Positions 1-7,950 of a stretch of DNA of 29,584 nt are shown in pieces. The position numbers were made by a program, and so were the translations under genes. Position 1 is the first letter of the stretch; each line of letters opens with the position of its first letter. The notes beneath the pieces are model-generated. The model was given only the letters and a program-made list of their open reading frames with translations, was not told the DNA's origin and ran no database searches. This stretch comes from Bacteroidota bacterium (GTDB lineage Bacteria > Bacteroidota > Bacteroidia > M30B66): contig JAGQVC010000001.1 in the NCBI GenBank assembly GCA_020438185.1, positions 1 to 29,584 of the forward strand, given 5' to 3'.

Positions 1-1
1 G

Positions 2-481
2 TATGCGTACTTACTAAACAACGGTACAATGTTTTATTTCCTGAGCTTTAAAGGCGACAGAAATTCATTGTTGTATCATTTTCACATGGCAGTTTATCAG
101 GTATTATTAGGCTATTATCCTGATTTAATTGTAAGGGACCAACTTCCTGCATCTATTTTACCAATGTCACTATTGCGTGTTGCCCAGGATTTTATTGCTC
201 CTTTTGCTCGTTTACTCAGAATCAATTTTGAGCTGGAATATTCGGGCGTTGACAATCAATTTAGTCCTAAAATGATTTTGATACGCTCTCATGTAAAGTC
301 TTCCTTTTGGGGCATCGGACAAAAAAGGAACAGTTATGAAACTGAAATTCTCACAAATGGAATTTCCCGTTTTGAATTCAAAACGGGAAACAAAAAAGTA
401 AGGGCGTTTCTTCACCACGATGGGGCAGATACGCTTGAGTTATTAAACAATCAAAAGAATCAGTCATATGAAATTGCTTAA
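2..481 (+). CDS. C-terminal fragment of a larger uncharacterised protein (reading frame open to the window edge)
   Basis: No in-frame stop upstream of the ATG at 29 (frame reads YAYLLNNGTMFYF...). The stop overlaps the start of the next gene by 14 nt, which suggests translational coupling. Confidence 0.75.
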   Translation, partial: YAYLLNNGTMFYFLSFKGDRNSLLYHFHMAVYQVLLGYYPDLIVRDQLPASILPMSLLRVAQDFIAPFARLLRINFELEYSGVDNQFSPKMILIRSHVKSSFWGIGQKRNSYETEILTNGISRFEFKTGNKKVRAFLHHDGADTLELLNNQKNQSYEIA

Positions 482-1073
482 CCTAATTTTCGTATTTACA
501 TTGTTCACCTCAGCTACAGTTGCACAACCCGCAGAAATGCAGGCATATAAAGAAAGTTATGCTTTGGAAGAAAAAGCTGAATACACAAAAGCAATTGCAA
601 CACTTCAAAAGGTTTATACAGAAGAATCATATGAAGCGAACCTACGGTTGGGTTGGTTATGTTATGAGGCAGGACAGTTTACGCAAAGCATGACGTATTA
701 TCAGAAAGCGATTTCATTGCGCCCCTATTCAATTGAAGCAAGATTAGGTTACGTTTTGCCGGCAGCAGCTTTAGGAAATTGGGATCAGGTAGTTTCTACC
801 TACAAGAAAATACTGGATTTTGATGCACAAAACACGCTTGTAAATTTCAGGTTGGGCATGATTTACTACGAACGAAAAGACTATCCGACAGCCCAGAAAT
901 ACTTTGAAAGAGTTATGAATTTATACCCTTTCGACTACGATAGTGTTGTTATGAATGGCTGGAGTTATCTCCAAATGGGCAAAACAAGAGAAGCTCGTGT
1001 TTTATTCAATAAAGCTTTGTTGATGCGTCCTGATGATGAATCTGCTTTGCAGGGATTGAGTCTGATTAAATAA
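468..1073 (+). CDS. Secreted tetratricopeptide-repeat (TPR) protein
   Basis: Signal-peptide-like N-terminus (MKLLNLIFVFTLFTSATVA). Several TPR-like helical repeats (NLRLGWLCYEAGQFTQSMTYYQKA; NFRLGMIYYERKDYPTAQKYFERV). Confidence 0.85.
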   Translation: MKLLNLIFVFTLFTSATVAQPAEMQAYKESYALEEKAEYTKAIATLQKVYTEESYEANLRLGWLCYEAGQFTQSMTYYQKAISLRPYSIEARLGYVLPAAALGNWDQVVSTYKKILDFDAQNTLVNFRLGMIYYERKDYPTAQKYFERVMNLYPFDYDSVVMNGWSYLQMGKTREARVLFNKALLMRPDDESALQGLSLIK

Positions 1074-1178
1074 TGGAGGTAAAAAGTTTACACCTGACAA
1101 TCAATCTAGTGTGAAATTTTTACGTTTTCTTTAAGAAAAATTTACAATAACCGCCTACGTACACTCGTTAGCTTGGGT

Positions 1179-1196
1179 TAAAACTATTTAGTTTTA
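1179..1196. promoter_or_regulatory. Probable TetR operator (TAAAACTA-TT-TAGTTTTA)
   Basis: Perfect 8-bp inverted repeat with a 2-nt spacer, 17 nt before the tetR start codon. TetR-family regulators typically bind such palindromes at their own promoter. Confidence 0.5.
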
Positions 1197-1213
1197 CCAC
1201 ACAATGAATATGT

Positions 1214-1840
1214 ATGAAAGCAGCGGAAAAGCGAAAAAAAATTCTGGAAGCGGCCAAGTCTTGTTTTACCCAGTTTGGGTATGAAAAAACCACCCTTGAC
1301 GATATAGGCAGAAAGTTAGGATTAAACAAGTCTTCACTTTACTATTATTTTAAGAACAAGGAAGAAATCTTCACAGCAGTGGTGGTTAAAGAAGCAGAAG
1401 CCATAGTTGATGAATTGCAGCAAGAATTCAGCGATCGGGATGAGCCTGAAGAAAAGATTCAGGTCTACATGAAAAAAAGGTTGATTTATTATCGTCAGGT
1501 GTTAGGCTTGCATAAGCTGGACGCAGAAAGCTTACGACAAATACAACCCGGATTTCATGAGTTGTATGCAACTTTGTTACAGCGCGAAATTCTGTTTGTT
1601 GCCAGAGAGCTCCGAAAAATTGACGATCAGCTTGGTGCACGAATGGCCGAAAGTATTGCAGAAGTAATTCTTTCGTCAGCTGATGCAATTAAGCACGATG
1701 AGATTATGCACAACCGAAAAGGACCTGATGCTGAGCCTGATTATTCCAGAATTGAACAAGACACGGAATTGCTCATCAGACTCATTCTTCACGGAGTCAG
1801 GCAAACGGTTAAAAAGTACTATAAGCAGACTGTGGTTTAA
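1214..1840 (+). CDS. TetR/AcrR-family transcriptional regulator
   Basis: N-terminal HTH: ILEAAKSCFTQFGYEKTTLDDIGRKLGLNKSSLYYYFKNKEEIF. Confidence 0.95.
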   Translation: MKAAEKRKKILEAAKSCFTQFGYEKTTLDDIGRKLGLNKSSLYYYFKNKEEIFTAVVVKEAEAIVDELQQEFSDRDEPEEKIQVYMKKRLIYYRQVLGLHKLDAESLRQIQPGFHELYATLLQREILFVARELRKIDDQLGARMAESIAEVILSSADAIKHDEIMHNRKGPDAEPDYSRIEQDTELLIRLILHGVRQTVKKYYKQTVV

Positions 1841-1921
1841 TTCCATTTCGCCTGTAAGGCGATGATGCAATTTTCGTCTGAGTGGTTAACAATTCATTAA
1901 TCTCTTTGTTAGCTCTTTATT

Positions 1922-2587
1922 ATGAACGTTTCAATCCGGAATTCCATCACAATAGTATTTTCAATAATTTTCGCTGCCCTTCAAGCTTGTCAGGCAACAG
2001 AATCAAAACCGCTGTCAAATAATTCTATGGAAGCATCAAATACTTCAGCAAATACTGACACAATCTATTTTGCCGCCGGTTGTTTCTGGTGTGTTGAAGC
2101 CATCTTTCAGCAGCTCGATGGAGTGATTTCTGTAAACTCCGGTTACACAGGAGGAACTGTAAAAAATCCAAGCTATAAGGAAGTCTGCACAGGACGAACC
2201 GGTCACGCTGAAGCCGCACGCATTATTTACAATCCTGAAATAATCAGTTTCGATGAATTGCTGGAGGTTTTTTGGCAAACTCACGACCCTACCACTTTGA
2301 ACAGACAAGGTGCTGATGTGGGAACTCAATACCGGTCAGGTATATATTTTACTGATGAAGGTCAGCGCGAGAAAGCGTTGTACTACAAACAAAGACTGGA
2401 AGAAGAAAAAGCGTTCGACTCCCCTATCGTGACAGAAATACTGCCCTTTGACGGAGCTTTTTACATTGCGGAAGATTACCATCAGAATTATTATAACCAA
2501 AACGGGGAACAAGGATATTGTCAAATGGTTATCCGACCGAAGGTTGAAAAATTCAGAAAGGTTTTTAAAGACAAGCTTCGCCACTAA
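1922..2587 (+). CDS. msrA: Peptide-methionine (S)-S-oxide reductase MsrA, probable lipoprotein
   Basis: GCFWC catalytic motif, GHAEA, HDPTTLNRQGADVGTQYRSGI, AEDYHQNY. Lipobox-like LQA-C after a hydrophobic N-terminus. Confidence 0.95.
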   Translation: MNVSIRNSITIVFSIIFAALQACQATESKPLSNNSMEASNTSANTDTIYFAAGCFWCVEAIFQQLDGVISVNSGYTGGTVKNPSYKEVCTGRTGHAEAARIIYNPEIISFDELLEVFWQTHDPTTLNRQGADVGTQYRSGIYFTDEGQREKALYYKQRLEEEKAFDSPIVTEILPFDGAFYIAEDYHQNYYNQNGEQGYCQMVIRPKVEKFRKVFKDKLRH

Positions 2588-4048
2588 TCAGGTCCTCTTC
2601 CGAATTAAATATAAACCTCCCATGGTTAACAGACCGTTAATCAGCAGCAATTCAAATCCGATTGAATAGCCATTAAAAAGCTCCTTGGAATACGCTGAAA
2701 TTATATAGCTGATCACAGGAGATAGAAGACATACAAGGGGCACCCACTTGTCGTATAATGCATGTCTGGAATAAATTCCAAATGCGAACAGACCTAACAA
2801 TGGTCCGTACGTGTATCCGGCTGCTTTAAAAATACCGGTTATAACAGCCTCATTGTTTATAGCTCTGAAAACCAGAATAACAATTAGAAGAAGTACTGCA
2901 AACCCGGCATGTATCACGTTTCTGATAGTCTTCTTTTTTTCTGCTGACTTTGATCCGTCGATATCAAGATGCAGAATGTCTATGTACAATGATGTAGTTA
3001 GCGTTGTAAGTACTGAATCTGCACTTGAAAATGTTGCTGCAATAATTCCAAGCAAAAAGACAATGGCTGCGAAGGTCCCCAAATGATTCAAAGCCAGCAT
3101 TGGTAAAAGATCATCAGTTCTTGCCGGAATTTCTATCCCTTTCGCACTGGAATAGAGATACATCAAAGCTCCAAGCGAAACAAATATCACGTTCACAATC
3201 ATCACAATAAAGCTGAACCAGATTACATTCTTTTGAGCATCTCGTAGTGTATTAACACTCAGGTTTTTCTGCATCATGTTCTGATCCAGACCTGTCATGG
3301 CAATAGCAATGAACATCCCACTTAAAAACTGTTTTGGAAAAAAGGTAGGTGCGTTAAAATCCCAGTCGAAAACTTTAGAATATCCGGATTCGGAAACAGC
3401 GGCAACAGCATCAGATAAGGACCAATCCAACCCGCTGATTATTGCAGAAGCCGTAAGCACAACTCCCAACAATAGAAACAATGATTGAAAGGTGTCAGTC
3501 CAAACCAAAGATTTGATTCCCCCTTTTAATGTGTATGCAAGAATTAATATGATTATAATGCTTACCGACAGCCAGAACGGAACACCTAATGGTCCGAATA
3601 GAAACAAATGCAACACACCGGCAGAAATGTATAATCTGAAAGCTGCACCAATTGTGCGTGACAAAAGAAAATAAAATGACCCCGTACTTTGTGAAACATG
3701 GCCAAATCGGCTTCCCAGATAAGCATAAATTGAAGTGAGGTTTAGTCTGTAATAGAGGGGCAAAAGCACCTTAGCTATCACAAAGTAACCCGCCATGTAA
3801 CCAAAAACTATTTGCAGATAATAGAAGTGTTTGATCCCTACCTCTCCGGGAACGGAAACAAATGTTACGCCCGAAAGCGAGTCTCCTATCATTCCAAATG
3901 CAACCAGATACCAGGGCGAAGCCTTATTTCCCAGAAAGTAAGCATCTTCATTGGCATGCCTGCCCTTCCACCAGGAAATAAGCACGAGAGCCAGAAAATA
4001 AAAAACTATGATTCCGGCTAGTACAATAGGATGGAGAATCTGATCCAT
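2588..4048 (-). CDS. Sodium:solute symporter (SSS/SLC5 family)
   Basis: Many hydrophobic TM segments. Family motifs YFLGNKASPWYLVAFGMIGDSLSGVTFVSVPG, YTLKGGIKSLVWTDTFQ, AATFSSADS. Confidence 0.92.
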   Translation of the reverse strand: MDQILHPIVLAGIIVFYFLALVLISWWKGRHANEDAYFLGNKASPWYLVAFGMIGDSLSGVTFVSVPGEVGIKHFYYLQIVFGYMAGYFVIAKVLLPLYYRLNLTSIYAYLGSRFGHVSQSTGSFYFLLSRTIGAAFRLYISAGVLHLFLFGPLGVPFWLSVSIIIILILAYTLKGGIKSLVWTDTFQSLFLLLGVVLTASAIISGLDWSLSDAVAAVSESGYSKVFDWDFNAPTFFPKQFLSGMFIAIAMTGLDQNMMQKNLSVNTLRDAQKNVIWFSFIVMIVNVIFVSLGALMYLYSSAKGIEIPARTDDLLPMLALNHLGTFAAIVFLLGIIAATFSSADSVLTTLTTSLYIDILHLDIDGSKSAEKKKTIRNVIHAGFAVLLLIVILVFRAINNEAVITGIFKAAGYTYGPLLGLFAFGIYSRHALYDKWVPLVCLLSPVISYIISAYSKELFNGYSIGFELLLINGLLTMGGLYLIRKRT

Positions 4049-4052
4049 TCAA

Positions 4053-4060
4053 CAAAAGTA
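4053..4060 (-). promoter_or_regulatory. Bacteroidota sigma-A -7 box (TACTTTTG) for the symporter gene
   Basis: Exact TAnnTTTG match ending 4 nt before the ATG at 4048. Confidence 0.5.
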
Positions 4061-4086
4061 ACCTTGTCGAAGTCCGTAAAAATGAT

Positions 4087-4290
4087 CCTGATGCACAGTT
4101 ATGAAATGCAAAAAGTGAATATCCGGATGAGGTATTAGATAGACGCACGCATAGTTTATTCAGCACTCAGGTAAGTATTTGCCTGTGGTATAAGGGGGAT
4201 ACCTGAGTGTTTTTAATAGAAGTATTGGAAACAGGGAGCTTAAGAGTTTGAAACGTTTATAATCATTTAATCACAAATAACTGTGCAGGG
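4087..4290. ncRNA. Candidate structured ncRNA (rod-like, 6S-RNA-sized)
   Basis: Perfect 11-bp inverted repeat TGCACAGTTAT (4092-4102) / ATAACTGTGCA (4277-4287) encloses a nested 10-bp stem CACTCAGGTA (4164-4173) / TACCTGAGTG (4200-4209). No ORF of 60 aa or more spans it. Confidence 0.3.
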
Positions 4291-4895
4291 CTTCGTAAAT
4301 TGAACCCGGGTAGGGGCTTTTGGGTATTTCCCTCGCCAATTCCCCAGAATAAGTCAAGCAAAAAAATTTGATTTCTGCGAATTCTATCAACAAGCATGTT
4401 GATAACCAGAACCATCTTTACCAACCCCTTCCATAGAGAAAGCTACTTTGAGCTAAACTCCATCTAAGCCTCACTTTGAACAACCTGAAAAGCGCCTTGA
4501 TTTCGATTTACCCATTTAGAATAATACTTGCAGATCAAGCTGTTAATTGTTTCCGGAAAGAGACTTTTGGGTATATCTCTATCTGATTTTCACAGGTATG
4601 TCGGTCTAATAAATTGCACTCTCAAAGTACTTTTCCAATTACTAGTAGAAAACTACTTTTACCACGCAGACGAACCAATCTCTTGCATTATTGACCATAA
4701 GCCACTATTGCAAAAAATAAATTAATCTTTAAAAACTACAGTCTTTCCTAATCAGGGAAATAAATATTACACCTCAACATTGTTTAATATTATTAGCTTT
4801 CATCTCGTCCATCGGACTGAAACTATGCGTCGCAATTAGCCCGTTTCTAACATCTGCTTAGCCCTTTAAATATTTCAAAATCATTATCAGAAAAA

Positions 4896-5480
4896 ATGAA
4901 ACTAATTTTTGCTTCAAATAACGATCATAAACTTGAGGAGGTTCTTTCAGTTAGTCCCGATTGGATTTCGATTGTTCCATTGAAAGATTCAGGGTGTACC
5001 GGTGAACTTGAAGAAACCACAGGAACAATCAGAGGTAATGCATTGCAAAAAGCAACACAGGTATACAAATCCACAGGCTTTCCTTGCTTCGCAGATGATT
5101 CAGGCCTTGAGGTAGAGGCTTTAAATGGTCAACCTGGCGTTGACACAGCTCATTTTGCAGGTCCGGAGCGAGACTCTTTTAAGAATATGAATAAGTTATT
5201 GAATCAACTTAGTGAAAGTAAAAACCGAAAAGCTAGGTTTATTACTGTTATAGCTTACGTTGACAAGCATGGACACCACCTGTTTGAAGGTGAAGTCAAA
5301 GGTTCAATATCTGAAGAAATGCAAGGTTCTGAAGGGTTTGGATATGATCCTGTTTTTATTCCGGAAAATCATTCAGTAACGTTCGCAATGATGAAACCGG
5401 AAACCAAAAACAGTATGTCACACCGATCCAGAGCCATGAAACTATTTATTGAATTCCTTAACAAGCAAACTCGTAATTAA
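4896..5480 (+). CDS. rdgB: Non-canonical purine NTP pyrophosphatase (RdgB/HAM1)
   Basis: ASNNDHKLEE, FADDSGLEVEALNGQPGV, GFGYDPVF, SHRSRA motifs. Confidence 0.95.
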   Translation: MKLIFASNNDHKLEEVLSVSPDWISIVPLKDSGCTGELEETTGTIRGNALQKATQVYKSTGFPCFADDSGLEVEALNGQPGVDTAHFAGPERDSFKNMNKLLNQLSESKNRKARFITVIAYVDKHGHHLFEGEVKGSISEEMQGSEGFGYDPVFIPENHSVTFAMMKPETKNSMSHRSRAMKLFIEFLNKQTRN

Positions 5481-5482
5481 TA

Positions 5483-5490
5483 TACTTTTG
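5483..5490 (+). promoter_or_regulatory. Bacteroidota -7 box (TACTTTTG) for dedA
   Basis: Exact TAnnTTTG match 7 nt before the ATG at 5498. Confidence 0.5.
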
Positions 5491-5497
5491 CCCCACT

Positions 5498-6154
5498 ATG
5501 GAATGGATTTCCTCACTTATTGATTTTGTTCTTCACATCAACGACCATCTCGACCAACTTGTATTAGATTACGGGACAGCTATTTATGCTATTCTTTTTC
5601 TGATAATCTTTGTTGAAACAGGCCTGGTAATCATGCCCTTTTTACCCGGTGATTCTTTATTGTTTGCCGCAGGTGCACTCTGCGCAAGACCCGGATCTGA
5701 TCTCAGTATCGGTTTGCTGATTCTTCTCCTTTTTATTGCCGCTGTTCTGGGAGACAATAGTAATTATGCTATTGGAAGATTTGCAGGGCATAAAGCTGTG
5801 AATCTAAAAATAAGAGGACGCAAGCTTGTGAAACAGGATTACATCGATCAGACCCACCGCTTTTTTGAGAGGTATGGCACAAAAGCAATCATTATGGCTC
5901 GATTTGTCCCAATTGTCAGGACTTTCACGCCATTTGTTGCAGGAGTTGGTCAAATGAGCTACAGAAGCAAATTTCTTCCTTATGATATTGCCGGAGGATT
6001 TCTTTGGATAAGCTCTATGTCGCTATCCGGATATTTTTTAGGAAATCTACCTTTCTTTCGGGACCATTTTGAAGCAGTCGTGTTAGGCATCATTGTTCTG
6101 TCTGTCTTGCCTATGGTTTATGGTGTTCTTAGGGCCCGTTTTGCTAAAAATTAA
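5498..6154 (+). CDS. dedA: DedA/VTT-domain membrane protein
   Basis: LFLIIFVETGLVIMPFLPGDSLLFAAG, GDNSNYAIGR, ARFVPIVRTFTPFVAG motifs. Confidence 0.93.
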   Translation: MEWISSLIDFVLHINDHLDQLVLDYGTAIYAILFLIIFVETGLVIMPFLPGDSLLFAAGALCARPGSDLSIGLLILLLFIAAVLGDNSNYAIGRFAGHKAVNLKIRGRKLVKQDYIDQTHRFFERYGTKAIIMARFVPIVRTFTPFVAGVGQMSYRSKFLPYDIAGGFLWISSMSLSGYFLGNLPFFRDHFEAVVLGIIVLSVLPMVYGVLRARFAKN

Positions 6155-6172
6155 TTTTGTTGTATTGCTTTT

Positions 6173-6190
6173 TCCGCCTTCACAGGCGGA
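6173..6190. other. GC-rich hairpin TCCGCCT-TCAC-AGGCGGA between dedA and the aminotransferase
   Basis: Perfect 7-bp stem. No downstream U-tract on either strand, so it is not a canonical intrinsic terminator. Confidence 0.4.
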
Positions 6191-6217
6191 TGAAAACTTT
6201 AGCAGAACACATTTTAC

Positions 6218-6225
6218 TAACTTCG
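6218..6225 (+). promoter_or_regulatory. Possible -7 box variant (TAACTTCG) for the aminosugar genes
   Basis: One mismatch to TAnnTTTG, 19 nt upstream of the ATG at 6245. Confidence 0.3.
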
Positions 6226-6244
6226 CAACATAACCAGGCTGCAA

Positions 6245-7330
6245 ATGATTCCTGTCACCAGGACCTTCTTACCTTCTTTAGACAAATACCAGCGTTACAC
6301 AGCCGAAATCTTCGGCAGAGGCCAAATCACTAATCATGGCCCATTAAAAAATGAACTTGAAAGTATTCTTCGTGAGTATTTTAATGTCAAGCACTTTTTC
6401 CTGGTTACTAATGGCACAATAGGTTTACAAATCGCGATTAAAGCTGCCAATCTTCAGGGCGAAGTAATTACAACTCCCTTTTCATACATTGCGACCACAT
6501 CCAGCTTGTTTTGGGAAGGCGGCAAGCCGGTCTTTGCAGATATTTTACCAGATGAATACAATATTAATCCGGAAGAAATATCAAAATTAATCGGTCCTCA
6601 AACATCTGGAATTCTGGCTACTCATGTTTTTGGTAACCCATGCAGAATCGCCGAAATTCAGGAAATCGCAACAAAATATAGGCTCAAACTTATATTTGAT
6701 GCCGCACATACTTTCGGTGCAAAATGGAACAATTCACACCTGATGCAGTTTGGGGACATTTCCGTTATTAGCTTTCACGCTACTAAGCTTTTTCATACCG
6801 TTCAGGGGGGCGGAATTGCTACAAATGATGATGAACTCGCTGAAAAAATCAGACAAATGAAGAATTGCGGGCATGATCGTTTCACAAATATTGCCGGCCC
6901 TGGTATAAATGCCGAATGCTCAGAATTTCAGGCCGCTATGGGGCTATGTGTTCTCCCGGAAGTCGAAAATATTATGTATCAAAGATCATTAATTATCGAT
7001 TTTTATAAAAAACAACTAGCTTCATTGGGGGAGAAAATCAAATTTCAACAGTTTAACCCAGCACTTACTCAGGCCAATCATGCTTATTTTTCAGTTAAGT
7101 TTCACTCCGAAGAAACTAGGGAAAAAGTAATTAAAGCTCTGAATTCGAAGGATGTTTTTCCAAGAAGGTACTTCGCACCATCACTGAATAAACTCAATTA
7201 TATATCAGACAATCAAAGCTGTCCTGTGTCAGAAGATCTGGCAAATACTATTGTGTGCTTGCCTTTATATGTCGGTCTGTCTGACAAAGAAGTAACAATG
7301 ATTTGTGACACTATCAAATCTTCACTATGA
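6245..7330 (+). CDS. DegT/DnrJ/EryC1/StrS-family PLP-dependent NDP-sugar aminotransferase (VioA/ArnB-like)
   Basis: VTNGTIGL, ITTPFSYIAT, THVFGNPC, FDAAHTFG and SFHATK (PLP lysine) motifs. Confidence 0.93.
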   Translation: MIPVTRTFLPSLDKYQRYTAEIFGRGQITNHGPLKNELESILREYFNVKHFFLVTNGTIGLQIAIKAANLQGEVITTPFSYIATTSSLFWEGGKPVFADILPDEYNINPEEISKLIGPQTSGILATHVFGNPCRIAEIQEIATKYRLKLIFDAAHTFGAKWNNSHLMQFGDISVISFHATKLFHTVQGGGIATNDDELAEKIRQMKNCGHDRFTNIAGPGINAECSEFQAAMGLCVLPEVENIMYQRSLIIDFYKKQLASLGEKIKFQQFNPALTQANHAYFSVKFHSEETREKVIKALNSKDVFPRRYFAPSLNKLNYISDNQSCPVSEDLANTIVCLPLYVGLSDKEVTMICDTIKSSL

Positions 7331-7950
7331 TTGTTTTCGGAGCAGGAGGACTCACCATTCAAATTCTGGACATGTTGCTGGGCCTTCATGATGAGACGAT
7401 TTTGGTGTTCTCCGACAAACCGACGGCGAAACCCAAAATTTCAGAATTTCTTCATGTTAGCAACGAAATCAAAGATCTTGAAACGCAGCTCCGTCAAACC
7501 GATTCCAAATTTATTATTTCGCATGCCGGCCCGCAGCATAGAGAAGATTCATACAATAGACTAACCTCTTTAGGAGGAACAGGATTAAGTCTCCTGTCTC
7601 CCAAATCAGATATTAGCCAGGGCGCAGTAATTTCTGGAGACTCAGTAATTATTTTGCATGACGCCATAATTGAGCAAATGGTAACAGTTGGTAAAGGCTG
7701 TTTAATCAATTGCAAAGTTTTTATCGGTCATGAATCTACAATCGGCAATTTTACTGAAATAGCGCCTGGAGCAATATTGAATGGCAATGTTGTAGTTGGG
7801 GAAAGATGCTTTATTGGTTCGGGTGCTGTAATTTTACCTGGTGTTAATTTGGGAGATGGTTGCACAGTAGGTGCCGGTGCCGTAGTTTTATCTGATGTTG
7901 AGCCGGCAACCACAGTGATTGGAGTGCCAGCCAAAAAGGTTATCAAATGA
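7327..7950 (+). CDS. Hexapeptide-repeat sugar N-acyltransferase (NeuD/PglD/VioB-like)
   Basis: Left-handed beta-helix repeats, His in IGHES, C-terminal IGVPAK. ATGA overlap with the upstream gene. Confidence 0.88.
   Translation: MIVFGAGGLTIQILDMLLGLHDETILVFSDKPTAKPKISEFLHVSNEIKDLETQLRQTDSKFIISHAGPQHREDSYNRLTSLGGTGLSLLSPKSDISQGAVISGDSVIILHDAIIEQMVTVGKGCLINCKVFIGHESTIGNFTEIAPGAILNGNVVVGERCFIGSGAVILPGVNLGDGCTVGAGAVVLSDVEPATTVIGVPAKKVIK

Noticed and set aside
4528-4725. 65-aa ORF in the intergenic region
   Set aside because: TTG start, no recognisable motif or membrane signature, and a length expected by chance.
4049-4895. Intergenic region as oriC
   Set aside because: Only two degenerate DnaA-box-like sites are present. 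The ribosomal operons would be transcribed towards this origin (head-on), contrary to the usual arrangement.
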